64,000 nt of DNA from Gammaproteobacteria bacterium CG11_big_fil_rev_8_21_14_0_20_46_22. Lineage in GTDB: Bacteria > Pseudomonadota > Gammaproteobacteria > UBA12402. Positions 1 through 9,353 of this stretch are shown here, in pieces (position 1 is the stretch's first letter; each line of letters opens with the position of its first letter). The position numbers and the translations under genes were made by a program. The stretch spans positions 5,790 to 69,789 of the forward strand of contig PCWT01000048.1 in NCBI GenBank assembly GCA_002796245.1, given 5' to 3'. The notes below the pieces were generated by a model. That model ran no database searches. It was given only the letters and a program-made list of their open reading frames with translations, and had not been told where the DNA came from.

Positions 1-2076
1 AATACCAACGCTGAGCCAGGCTGCCGTGTGCTGGTCAATCTGGGGCGACGAAAGTGCATAGGCCTTATCATCGAAGCGAATACTCAGCCCTCCTTTGACC
101 CTAAAAAAATAAAGCCCATTATTGCCTTGATTGATGAGAGGCCTATTCTAAGCTCAGCTTTGCTCGAGCTCTGCCGTTTTGCGAGCGATTATTATCAACA
201 CCCCTTGGGTGAAACCTTTGCTGCTGCTCTGCCTAATGCACTGCGCGGTGAACAACACCCCGATCAGCCGTATTACTGGCAGCGCACAGCGCAAGCTTTA
301 CCTAAAAAACTCAGCGTAAAACAGCAAGAAAGCCTAAGCCTGATAGAAAACACAATCTGTGACTCGAGCACTTTACTGGCAAAAGGCATAGGCTCTCGCA
401 CGCTAAAAGCCCTAGAAATCAGTGGATTAATTGAACGCAGAATATATGAAGACCTGCCAAAAATACCGGCCCAGATACAGCGTCTTTCATTCAATCAAGA
501 ACAACTTGCCGCATTTGAAGCGGCGAAAAGCTCGCTGGACAAATTTGCGATTCATTTAGTTGAAGGTGTGACAGGCAGTGGTAAAACCGAAATTTATATT
601 CAGCTGTGTCATGAGGTACTTTTAAAAAATCAGCAAGTGTTGATTATTGTCCCCGAAATTAGCCTAACTCCGCAATTACTTGAACGATTTGAAGCACGCT
701 TTGGCGCCAACTTATGCACCAGCTTTCACTCTCAACTCAATGATCAGGAGCGCTTAACTGCCTGGGAAAAGGCCAAACACGGTATAGCACGAATCATTAT
801 AGGCACACGCTCGGCGATTTTTTGTGAGCTTAAATCACTCGGCTTGATCATTATCGACGAAGAACACGATGCTTCATTAAAGCAACAAGACCACCTAAAA
901 TACTCCGCGCGAGACCTTGCTTGCGTTCGCGCCAAACAAGAAAGTCTGCCCCTGCTACTAGGCTCGGCCACGCCATCCTTTGAAACCTTGCATAACGCTC
1001 TACAAGGGCGCTACGCTCACCACCGCCTAACGCGGCGGGCCACCGCCGTGACGATGCCGCGCTGGCAATTGATTGATATGCGCAGAGAACGGCCCGAAAG
1101 TGGATTATCCAAACCACTGATCGACGCGATAAAAACGGCCTTATCTAAAGAAGAACAAGTGCTGATTTTTCTCAACCGCCGAGGCTTCTCGCCCGTACTA
1201 TTATGTTTATCTTGTGGGTATTCGGCGACTTGCCAACACTGTTCAACACGACTCATTTACCATCAGCGTGAAAACAAATTGCGCTGCCATCATTGTGATG
1301 CGATCTATCGCCCCGAAACACAGTGCCCAAGCTGCCACGCCGCGCTCACTCCAACCGGTTTTGGTACAGAGCGCGTAGAATCAGCATTGTCAGACTTGTT
1401 TCCCGATACAGAAATCGTGCGGATCGATCGAGACACCACGCGCAACAAACACGCTTTAGAACAAAAGCTGCTGCCTGCCTATGCCGGGCGCTCACAAATT
1501 TTACTCGGTACGCAAATGCTCGCCAAAGGGCATCATTTTCCGAAAGTGAACTTAGTCGCCCTGCTCAATATCGACAGCAGTTTATACAGCATGGATTTTC
1601 GAGCCTTAGAGCGTTTGGGGCAGCTAATCACCCAAGTGGCAGGGCGCGCCGGACGTGAGTCGGATGAAAGCCAAGTCTACTTGCAAACACTCAACCCAGA
1701 TAACGATTATTTACGTTTTTTGTTAAAAGAAGGCTACCACAGCTTTGCCAAACGACTTTTGAAAGAGCGGAAACTGGCGCAATTACCACCGTATCAATCG
1801 CTATGCCTCATCAAAGCTCAGCACAAATCTCAAGCCCAATGTTTGGATTTTCTGGGTGAATGCAAGCAGCGGCTTTCGAATACAGTCGAGTCTTTTGGCC
1901 CAACACCTGCGCCCATTGAAAAAAAAGCCGGCCTATTTCGTGGCCAGCTTCTCTTGCAGTCGCCCTCTCGGCAGGCCTTGCATCACGCCATCAAACAGCT
2001 AATCAATACACTGCCTCAAAAAATCAGCGCATCGATTAAGTGGACGATTGATGTGGACCCGCAGGATTTTTCATAG
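1..2076 (+). CDS. priA: Primosomal protein N' (PriA), 5' end cut by the window edge
   Basis: The reading frame is open from nt 1. Helicase motifs GSGKTE and IIDEEHD are present, with CxxC...CxxC zinc-binding cysteines. The sequence aligns to E. coli PriA from about residue 25 onward. Confidence 0.92.
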   Translation, partial: NTNAEPGCRVLVNLGRRKCIGLIIEANTQPSFDPKKIKPIIALIDERPILSSALLELCRFASDYYQHPLGETFAAALPNALRGEQHPDQPYYWQRTAQALPKKLSVKQQESLSLIENTICDSSTLLAKGIGSRTLKALEISGLIERRIYEDLPKIPAQIQRLSFNQEQLAAFEAAKSSLDKFAIHLVEGVTGSGKTEIYIQLCHEVLLKNQQVLIIVPEISLTPQLLERFEARFGANLCTSFHSQLNDQERLTAWEKAKHGIARIIIGTRSAIFCELKSLGLIIIDEEHDASLKQQDHLKYSARDLACVRAKQESLPLLLGSATPSFETLHNALQGRYAHHRLTRRATAVTMPRWQLIDMRRERPESGLSKPLIDAIKTALSKEEQVLIFLNRRGFSPVLLCLSCGYSATCQHCSTRLIYHQRENKLRCHHCDAIYRPETQCPSCHAALTPTGFGTERVESALSDLFPDTEIVRIDRDTTRNKHALEQKLLPAYAGRSQILLGTQMLAKGHHFPKVNLVALLNIDSSLYSMDFRALERLGQLITQVAGRAGRESDESQVYLQTLNPDNDYLRFLLKEGYHSFAKRLLKERKLAQLPPYQSLCLIKAQHKSQAQCLDFLGECKQRLSNTVESFGPTPAPIEKKAGLFRGQLLLQSPSRQALHHAIKQLINTLPQKISASIKWTIDVDPQDFS

Positions 2077-2134
2077 TTATTCGCTCAAAAATGTGCTTTT
2101 GAATTAAATGAAAGAGCCGCCTGAATTTTATCGA

Positions 2135-2155
2135 AAAAACCCGCGGGTTTTACTT
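2135..2155. terminator. Weak palindromic hairpin (AAAAACCCGCGGGTTTT) between convergent priA and yrdA-like genes
   Basis: A perfect palindrome with an A-run and a T-run overlaps the yrdA-like stop codon. It could act as a bidirectional intrinsic terminator. Confidence 0.3.
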
Positions 2156-2680
2156 TGAGGCATGTTGCTTCGACAGTTGCACATAACTTTCGGCGCTGTA
2201 GCGCAAGAATGTTTTTTCCTGATCTGTCAGCGGGCGGATCTTTTTGGCGGGAGCGCCCACGTACAAAAAACCGGTCTCTAAGACTTTGCCCGGCGGCACC
2301 AAGCTTGCCGCACCCAACATGACCTCGTCTTCAAGTACTGCGCCATCAAGAACGGTGGAGCCCATGCCAATTAGGCAGCGATGACCAATAGTGCAGGCAT
2401 GCAAAATCACACGATGCCCAACAGTGACATCATCGCCAATCTGTAAAGCTTGCCCGCCAGGTACATACTCGCTGTCATGTGTCACATGCAGCACACTGCC
2501 ATCTTGAATATTGCTTCGCGCACCGATATGAATACTGTGCACGTCACCACGGATCACCGTCATAGGCCAAATAGAAGAGTCCTCACCGATCACGACATTA
2601 CCCAAAACCAAGCTGGCCTCATCAATATACGCCGTGATAGCGATGCGTGGTGTTTTACCATCAAAAGAGCGAATTGTCAT
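2150..2680 (-). CDS. Gamma-carbonic-anhydrase-like hexapeptide-repeat protein (YrdA/PaaY family)
   Basis: Strong similarity to E. coli YrdA, with the motifs IGARTNIQDGSxLHVTH and GHxVxLHxCTIG. Its start abuts the tdh stop. Confidence 0.8.
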   Translation of the reverse strand: MTIRSFDGKTPRIAITAYIDEASLVLGNVVIGEDSSIWPMTVIRGDVHSIHIGARSNIQDGSVLHVTHDSEYVPGGQALQIGDDVTVGHRVILHACTIGHRCLIGMGSTVLDGAVLEDEVMLGAASLVPPGKVLETGFLYVGAPAKKIRPLTDQEKTFLRYSAESYVQLSKQHASK

Positions 2681-2681
2681 A

Positions 2682-3719
2682 TCAAGTCCAGTCTAAAATA
2701 ATCTTACCCGACTTGCCTGAACGCATAGTTTCAAAGGCTGTTTGGAAATCGTCAATCGAAAAATGGTGCGTAATGATCGGCGAAACATCCAACCCGCTTT
2801 GCAGCATGCTGGACATTTTGTACCAAGTCTCAAACATTTCTCGACCGTAAATACCTTTCAGCACTAATCCCTTCATAATAAAGGCATTCCAGTTAAACCG
2901 CGTGTCTTCGGGCAAAAAACCAAGGTTGGCAATGCGGCCGCCGTGATTCATGTGTGCCACCATATCATTAAAAGCGTGTGCATTACCTGACATTTCCAAA
3001 CCCACATCAAAACCTTCCGTCATGCCTAAGGTTTTCATCACTTCAGTCAAAGATGTTTCACGCGTGTCGACAGCCAGCGTTGCGCCTAAGGTTTTGGCTA
3101 AAGCTAAGCGGTAAGGATTGATATCCGTGACTACGACATATCGGGCGCCTGCAAATTTTGCAATCGCTGCAGCCATGCAACCAATGGGGCCAGCACCCGT
3201 GATTAAAACATCTTCACCCACCAAATCGAAGGACAGGGCCGTATGGACCGCATTACCTAAAGGGTCCATGATCGACGCAACTTGATTTGGAATACTGTCC
3301 GGCAGTTTAAACGCATTGTAAGCAGGAATCACCAAGTATTCAGCAAAGGCGCCATCGCGATTGACACCAACACCCGCTGTGTTTCGGCATAAATGCACGC
3401 GACCCGCGCGACAGTTTCGGCAGTGCCCGCAGGTGATATGGCCCTCGCCTGAAACACGGTCACCTTCTTTAAACCCTTTAACTTCTGAACCCATGCCCAC
3501 AATGCGGCCTGCAAACTCATGGCCTGCGGTAATAGGAATCGGCAGGGTTTTTTGCGCCCAGTCATCCCAATTATAAATATGAATATCGGTTCCACAGATG
3601 GCTGTTGTTTCAATTTGAATTAACACATCATTCGGGCCAGGTGTAGGCTTTGGAATATCTTCCAACCAGATACCGACTTCTTTTTTAATTTTTCGTAAGG
3701 CTTTCATATTAAATAACAC
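2682..3719 (-). CDS. tdh: L-threonine 3-dehydrogenase
   Basis: Zinc-ADH fold, near-identical to E. coli Tdh motifs ([28 protein letters not shown]). Confidence 0.93.
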   Translation of the reverse strand: MLFNMKALRKIKKEVGIWLEDIPKPTPGPNDVLIQIETTAICGTDIHIYNWDDWAQKTLPIPITAGHEFAGRIVGMGSEVKGFKEGDRVSGEGHITCGHCRNCRAGRVHLCRNTAGVGVNRDGAFAEYLVIPAYNAFKLPDSIPNQVASIMDPLGNAVHTALSFDLVGEDVLITGAGPIGCMAAAIAKFAGARYVVVTDINPYRLALAKTLGATLAVDTRETSLTEVMKTLGMTEGFDVGLEMSGNAHAFNDMVAHMNHGGRIANLGFLPEDTRFNWNAFIMKGLVLKGIYGREMFETWYKMSSMLQSGLDVSPIITHHFSIDDFQTAFETMRSGKSGKIILDWT

Positions 3720-4899
3720 TCAATTGTTTGCCGACTTTTTCGAAAGCAGCAATCGCTTTATCTAAATCCGCACGCGTTAAACCAGCCGACATTTGTGTAC
3801 GAATACGGGCTTTTTCACGAGGCACCACCGGGAATGAAAAGGCGATAACATACACGCCTTCTTTTAACATTGCATCGGCAAAGGTTTTAGCAAGCTTAGC
3901 ATCACCCAGCATGACGGGAATAATGGCATGATGGCCCGGCACCAGCTCAAACCCCAATGCTTGCATTTTTTCTCTGAAATATTGGCTGTTTTCACGCAAT
4001 CTTTGACGATACTCTGGTTTTTCTTTAAGCAACTCAATCGCGCGCACCGAAGCTTTCGCAATCATCGGGGCGAGTGAATTTGAAAACAAATACGGGCGTG
4101 AACGCTCGCGAAGCCAGGTAATAATGTCTTTTCGGCCGCTGGTGTAACCGCCGGATGCGCCACCTAAAGCTTTGCCCAGTGTGCCAGTAATAATATCGAC
4201 CCGACCTTCAACACCACAATACTCAGGCGTACCGCGCCCATGTTCGCCCACAAAACCCACAGCATGTGAATCATCAACCATGACTAATGCGTTGTACTTA
4301 TCGGCCAAATCACAAATTGATTTAAGGTCAGCCAAGATACCATCCATAGAAAAAACACCGTCTGTCACAATCAACTTAAAACGCGCGTCAGCCGCCGCTT
4401 TTAACTGCTCTTCAAGATCAGCCATATTGTTATTTTTGTAGCGAAAACGCTGCGCTTTACATAAGCGCACGCCATCAATAATACTCGCGTGATTCAATTC
4501 ATCGCTGATGATTGCATCTTCAGGACCCAACAATGTTTCAAACAATCCTGTGTTCGCATCAAAGCACGATGAATATAAAATGGTATCTTCAGTCCCCAAA
4601 AACTCACTGATCATCTTTTCTAATGTTTTGTGAACACTTTGCGTGCCACAAATAAAACGCACAGAAGCCATGCCATAGCCATAGTGGTCTAAAGCCTGTT
4701 TTGCGGCTTCAATGAGAGCAGGATCATCAGCAAGCCCAAGATAATTATTCGCACAAAGGTTTAGTACCTTCTCGCCCGAGTCGACCTTAATAGAGGCGCT
4801 CTGTGGTGAAGTAATCACTCGTTCGCCCTTATACAAGCCAACTTCTTTCAAGCCTTCAATTTCGGTATGTAGGTGTTTTAAAAACTCGGTGTTACTCAT
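3709..4899 (-). CDS. kbl: 2-amino-3-ketobutyrate CoA ligase (glycine C-acetyltransferase)
   Basis: High similarity to E. coli Kbl along its length ([32 protein letters not shown]). The start ATG is nested in the last codons of the upstream tfuA-like gene. Confidence 0.93.
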   Translation of the reverse strand: MSNTEFLKHLHTEIEGLKEVGLYKGERVITSPQSASIKVDSGEKVLNLCANNYLGLADDPALIEAAKQALDHYGYGMASVRFICGTQSVHKTLEKMISEFLGTEDTILYSSCFDANTGLFETLLGPEDAIISDELNHASIIDGVRLCKAQRFRYKNNNMADLEEQLKAAADARFKLIVTDGVFSMDGILADLKSICDLADKYNALVMVDDSHAVGFVGEHGRGTPEYCGVEGRVDIITGTLGKALGGASGGYTSGRKDIITWLRERSRPYLFSNSLAPMIAKASVRAIELLKEKPEYRQRLRENSQYFREKMQALGFELVPGHHAIIPVMLGDAKLAKTFADAMLKEGVYVIAFSFPVVPREKARIRTQMSAGLTRADLDKAIAAFEKVGKQLSVI

Positions 4900-6136
4900 G
4901 CTGCTCTCCTATGAGATATTGATAGGCCTGAAGGACCCAACGACGGCTGTCCATAATAATAGGAATATCCAACAAATCAAAGCCATTTGTAAGCACTGCA
5001 TATTCAAATAGTGACAAGTACTCAACAAACAGGGGCAAAGCCTGCGTTTCATCCAAATCATTATTCTTAAGCCACTGCAGCGTGGCCTCACGCTGTTTAA
5101 GGCCGTGGCGTTTTCTAAAGCGATTAAAAAAAGCTTGAGCCATACCTGGCGAAAGACTTACCTTGATATCACGATAATAGCTATAAATAAGCGCAAACGC
5201 TTTTGCGATCAACCTAGCCTCAACACCCTTCTCAACATCACGATATAAAGCATAAAATTTTTCAAATTGTGTTTCAGCGTATTCTGTCGATAAAGTTGAA
5301 AAACCCTGAGACCGAATCTCATGTTCGATCTGCAGCACTTTTGCCAAATCAATCAATCGCTGTTTTTGTGCATCTGAACACCCGCACAAAGCGCGCTCAG
5401 TCTCAGGGAGCCAATCATAGTTATTGTCAAACGGCCGACTTATGGCTTCACGGTAAATACGCTTAGTAAAGTAGCTCGGCAGCGCCTGCGGCTTTTTTAT
5501 TTTTGAGCGGATGGGGGTTTGATGAGCAAGCGAAAGTGCCGCTCGCGCATCACAGGCCTTTTGATCGACAGTGTACTTTTTAAAAATCTCGACCGAGAGC
5601 CCAAGCGATGTTAACGTTTGATACACATCACGCTGGTAATACGGTTGTTGCTTAAGCGCATCAATAACCTTCTGAGCATCAATCATCTCAATAGCTTGTT
5701 TTTTTATGGCGTTTTTTAGCGTAGCCCGCACATTTACCAAGGGGACAACCCTTGATTGAAACCCAGCTTCCTGGCTTGAATGCGGCAACGAAACCTCGTC
5801 GTCACCATCAATAAAGCCTGAGTGATACCATTGAAAAATCTCGCCCACACCACGCATACCCTCATCACAGAGCTCAGCAGCACGCAAAGCACCCATGCTC
5901 GCTGCCCCCCAAACTTCAACACCCGAGTCCAGGGCGAATAAAATTTCTTTATGCCATACTGAAGCAGTTTGCTCGAACAAGCCATCAATAATAATTAAAC
6001 GCTTCGGCGATAAGCTCATCAGTTTAAACACATCACCGCAACGTACAGGGTCTGAAAAACAGGCTTCTGGTAAGCATTCTTTTGCCTCCTGCCGGGAAAG
6101 TGTTGGGCCCAAAAAAACGATCGTATCTGTACTCAT
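4892..6136 (-). CDS. tfuA: TfuA-like protein (YcaO partner), N-terminal TfuA domain plus a ~200-aa C-terminal extension
   Basis: N-terminal TfuA-domain hallmarks: [46 protein letters not shown]. Its start overlaps the ycaO stop by 4 nt (ATGA). Confidence 0.8.
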   Translation of the reverse strand: MSTDTIVFLGPTLSRQEAKECLPEACFSDPVRCGDVFKLMSLSPKRLIIIDGLFEQTASVWHKEILFALDSGVEVWGAASMGALRAAELCDEGMRGVGEIFQWYHSGFIDGDDEVSLPHSSQEAGFQSRVVPLVNVRATLKNAIKKQAIEMIDAQKVIDALKQQPYYQRDVYQTLTSLGLSVEIFKKYTVDQKACDARAALSLAHQTPIRSKIKKPQALPSYFTKRIYREAISRPFDNNYDWLPETERALCGCSDAQKQRLIDLAKVLQIEHEIRSQGFSTLSTEYAETQFEKFYALYRDVEKGVEARLIAKAFALIYSYYRDIKVSLSPGMAQAFFNRFRKRHGLKQREATLQWLKNNDLDETQALPLFVEYLSLFEYAVLTNGFDLLDIPIIMDSRRWVLQAYQYLIGEQHE

Positions 6137-7233
6137 ACACTAACTCCTGGTGCAATAAGCTGCACAACAGCAATCGCATCATCGGGTTTTGTGTAAACTA
6201 AACGGTAAATATCGTGTGAAATTGAGGCAAGCAAATGTGTCTGCATCGCTTTAAACGATTGAAACAGCATTGATGATTGTGTTGTGTAATCGATTGTTGC
6301 TTTAAAATTAATCGATTGATTTTTCTGCTCATACAGGGTGTCGACCACATCATCTCGCGAACCTGAAATCAAAGTTAATCGCGACTGAACAGCCTCTGTG
6401 AGCGCACGACTCAGGGCGATATCTTTATTGACGTGTGCACCATAGCCCGAAAAAACACCAACACGTCGAAAAAAGCGCTCGTCAAACAGCGTGGCCATAT
6501 AGCTTGGCATCGTGTTTGCAGTAGAGCTTACATCCACTATGACAAGCGACAGACCCTTTTCCTGCAAAGCCTTTATTCGATCGCGAAGAGGTGGGCAATC
6601 AATAGTATTCAATTTAATCGCACGATGCGCTTTTTCTGCATCAGAGAGACGGTGATAACGATAGGCATTCATACGTTCAATGATTTCAAGTAAAGCATGA
6701 CAACTTGCCTCTTCTAGATTATTACCCGAGGCCAAACCCGTCGTTGTTCGCTTAAAGAGCGTGTTTTCCAGCGTGCATTCGGTTAAATCAAATGAAATGG
6801 CTGCGCGAGGAATATAATACACCTCACCGCTCAAACAATGTCTTAGCGCTGTCCAGGCAATTGGCAAGTTCAAAAGATCATCGTGTTTAAATGTGCCTTG
6901 CTGAAAAACATCAGGACTAATGCAAGCATATTCATGGCTAAGCGCATGGTAGCTTCCAACAAGGTCAGACGGTGTTTGCTCAGCGTAGTAGTGTTCAATC
7001 GCTTCCATGTACGCGCTACACATCGACAACTCAGGCGTTAAACCTTTACCCTGCGAGGTGCTTAAATTTTTAGAGCGCGGGCGAATACAAGTATGAACCG
7101 GCAAACCCACATCATCCAAACCGGTTAAATCCGCAATACGTGAGATGCCCGCCTGTTTTGCATACGGCTTTAAACAGGCCAAGGTTTCTTCTGGGGTTCT
7201 GGCACGCAATGTCCCGCCAACATCAATAATCAC
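6133..7233 (-). CDS. ycaO: YcaO-domain protein of the TfuA-associated type (GTG start)
   Basis: N-terminus GTLRARTPEETL...GISRIADLTGLDDVGLPV...IRP is typical of TfuA-associated YcaO proteins. The ORF is about 366 aa. It is translationally coupled to the upstream E1 gene and the downstream tfuA. Confidence 0.8.
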   Translation of the reverse strand: MIIDVGGTLRARTPEETLACLKPYAKQAGISRIADLTGLDDVGLPVHTCIRPRSKNLSTSQGKGLTPELSMCSAYMEAIEHYYAEQTPSDLVGSYHALSHEYACISPDVFQQGTFKHDDLLNLPIAWTALRHCLSGEVYYIPRAAISFDLTECTLENTLFKRTTTGLASGNNLEEASCHALLEIIERMNAYRYHRLSDAEKAHRAIKLNTIDCPPLRDRIKALQEKGLSLVIVDVSSTANTMPSYMATLFDERFFRRVGVFSGYGAHVNKDIALSRALTEAVQSRLTLISGSRDDVVDTLYEQKNQSINFKATIDYTTQSSMLFQSFKAMQTHLLASISHDIYRLVYTKPDDAIAVVQLIAPGVSV

Positions 7234-8339
7234 TAATAACTCGACTTATGAGGCTCAAAGTCTTTTATCCAAGCGATAATGCCACCTTGTAAATTATACA
7301 CATCTTTAAGTCCGCGATTTTTCAGCCAGTACACTGCCTGTGCAGAGCGCCCCCCTGAGCGGCAATATATGACGAGTGGTGACTTGAATTCGCTGACATC
7401 CATTTCTCTAATGTCCGCTAAAGGCACGGCTTTATCGCCATCGATTTGACAAATGTCTCGCTCCCAAGCTTCACGCACATCGATTAAAGTAAAAGCTTTC
7501 CCTGAGTCAAACCAGCTTTTCAAAGCTTCACACGTCAACACAGGAATGGCATTGGCTTTCTTGGGGGCTTCAGATAAATCTTTCAATGGTTTATGTAACT
7601 GACAAGTTGGGCAATCTTTTCGTGTGATGATAGGATGACGCTTCATCTGCATATTCAAAAGATCCAACTGAACAAAACTATTGTTGAGTTTTTCTGGCAA
7701 ATTAAGCAAGTGTTTGATCGCCTCGGTGGCAGCCAATGTACCCAAAACGCCCGGCACCGTACCCAATACACCGGCTTGTGCACAATTAGGTATGACACCT
7801 TCTGGTGGCGGGTTGGGGTATAAACAACGGTAACAGGGCGAGCTTTGATGACTTAGAGCGATCAACTGACCCGAAAACTGATAAATGCTGGCTGAAATTA
7901 AGGGTATCTTTTTTTGTGCGCAGGCATCAGCAACCAAGTAGCGTGTTTCATAATTATCGCTACCATCAATCACCAGGTCATAACCGTCTAACAGAACATC
8001 AATATTCGCTAAACTTAAGCGATCATTAATTGGAACAAGCTCACAAGCCGTATTAAGCGCAAACAGCTTATCGCGTGCGCACTCAACTTTTGCACGCCCT
8101 TCATCCCTCTCTGAGAACAACACCTGCCGCTGTAAGTTTGATAGCTCGACACTATCGTCATCAATAAACGCAAGCTTACCTACGCCACAAGCCGCTAAAT
8201 ATAATAACGCCGGTGAGCCAATCCCGCCGGCGCCAATACAAAGTATCGAGGATTGTTTTAATGTTTCCTGACCGGCTCGACCTATTTTCTCTACAGAGAA
8301 GTGCCGCGCATAACGAAGGTTTTCAGCTTGAGTGAACAT
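7233..8339 (-). CDS. MoeB/ThiF-type E1-like adenylyltransferase with C-terminal rhodanese domain (MoeZ-like sulfur-carrier activase)
   Basis: Rossmann motif GAGGIGS, CxxC...CxxC zinc motifs, and a C-terminal rhodanese active site CRSGGRS. Confidence 0.8.
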   Translation of the reverse strand: MFTQAENLRYARHFSVEKIGRAGQETLKQSSILCIGAGGIGSPALLYLAACGVGKLAFIDDDSVELSNLQRQVLFSERDEGRAKVECARDKLFALNTACELVPINDRLSLANIDVLLDGYDLVIDGSDNYETRYLVADACAQKKIPLISASIYQFSGQLIALSHQSSPCYRCLYPNPPPEGVIPNCAQAGVLGTVPGVLGTLAATEAIKHLLNLPEKLNNSFVQLDLLNMQMKRHPIITRKDCPTCQLHKPLKDLSEAPKKANAIPVLTCEALKSWFDSGKAFTLIDVREAWERDICQIDGDKAVPLADIREMDVSEFKSPLVIYCRSGGRSAQAVYWLKNRGLKDVYNLQGGIIAWIKDFEPHKSSY

Positions 8340-8602
8340 TATCCACCCGAAACCGATGTGATAAGCTCAAGCTCATCACCCGAGCTAAACGTGACATCAT
8401 CTAAATCGTCGACTAACGGCTTGCCATTGTGGTACACATTTAAAAACCCGTGAAGCTCATCGCCTTGATACATGACACGGAACAAAGCCGGCTCATGCTC
8501 ATGAAGGTAAGCCTTCAAGCTTGACATTGAGTTCACATCTAATGTCTTCTCACGCCAGTGGCTAAAACGCTCTAGTGCTTCGGGTAATAATAACTTGATC
8601 AT
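8339..8602 (-). CDS. MoaD/ThiS-family beta-grasp sulfur-carrier protein ending in Gly-Gly
   Basis: The 87-aa product has the N-terminus MIKLLL and the C-terminus SGDELELITSVSGG-stop, which is the MoaD/ThiS signature. Its Shine-Dalgarno sequence AAGGAGG lies in the last codons of the upstream methyltransferase, and its stop overlaps the E1 start. Confidence 0.65.
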   Translation of the reverse strand: MIKLLLPEALERFSHWREKTLDVNSMSSLKAYLHEHEPALFRVMYQGDELHGFLNVYHNGKPLVDDLDDVTFSSGDELELITSVSGG

Positions 8603-9271
8603 TCAAACCTCCTTTATGGCGAACGTTAAGCCATCGCCAATTGGCAAAATGACAGTCTTTAAGCCGGGGTGCTGAGCCAAGGCTGTGTTACACGCCAGTA
8701 TATTTTTTAGCAAGGTATTGGGTTTGGCTTGACTGATCACCTCACCTTTCCACAAAGTATTATCCAAAAGTAAAACTCCACCCCTGGGTAACAAGTCAAA
8801 GCACGCTTCTGCGTAATACAAGTATTTTGACTTATTCGCGTCGATAAAGCACAGGTCAAACCGCTGCTGATCTTGCTTTAACTGCAGCAAAGAAGCTCCA
8901 GCTTCACCTTCTAGGCAGGTAATTTTATTCGCCATGCCAGCCTTTTCCCAAAACGGCCGACCAAAATCAGGCATTTCAGTGTCAATGTCACAAGTGATAA
9001 TTTCACCGTTCACAGGCAAGGCCATAGCCATGGCCAGGGTCGAAAAACCTGTGAAGGTGCCAAGCTCTAAGACGCGCTGTGCCCCAGAAAGCTTAATCAG
9101 CATTTGTAAAAAAGCGGCTAAGTCCATGCTGGATTGCATCTGCCCTTTCGGCAAAGAAGCTGTTTCCGCATGAAGTTCGAGTAAAATCGGATCCAGCGGC
9201 GTCATGTGTGCTTCTAAGTAGCCTTGAAGGCCGTCGGGTAAAAGGTGGTTTTGCGTGCTCATAGCGCTCAT
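8603..9271 (-). CDS. Class I SAM-dependent, cation-dependent O-methyltransferase (caffeoyl-CoA OMT / catechol-OMT / TrmR-like family)
   Basis: SAM-binding motif LELGTFTGFS. Metal-binding residues in IDANK and LLLDNTLW are typical of the Methyltransf_3 family. Confidence 0.75.
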   Translation of the reverse strand: MSAMSTQNHLLPDGLQGYLEAHMTPLDPILLELHAETASLPKGQMQSSMDLAAFLQMLIKLSGAQRVLELGTFTGFSTLAMAMALPVNGEIITCDIDTEMPDFGRPFWEKAGMANKITCLEGEAGASLLQLKQDQQRFDLCFIDANKSKYLYYAEACFDLLPRGGVLLLDNTLWKGEVISQAKPNTLLKNILACNTALAQHPGLKTVILPIGDGLTFAIKEV

Positions 9272-9353
9272 AATATCATGCTGGAATCCCTGATAAAAGC
9301 GGCTTTAGAGGCGTGTGTGAATATGTTAGCATCACTCAAAATGAGGATGCACG

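Noticed and set aside
7233-8602. Interpreting the E1-rhodanese plus beta-grasp pair as ordinary molybdopterin synthase activation (MoeB/MoaD).
   Set aside because: No moaE, moaA or moaC genes are nearby, and both genes are codon-overlapped with ycaO. I kept it as the main alternative in the finding rather than the primary call.
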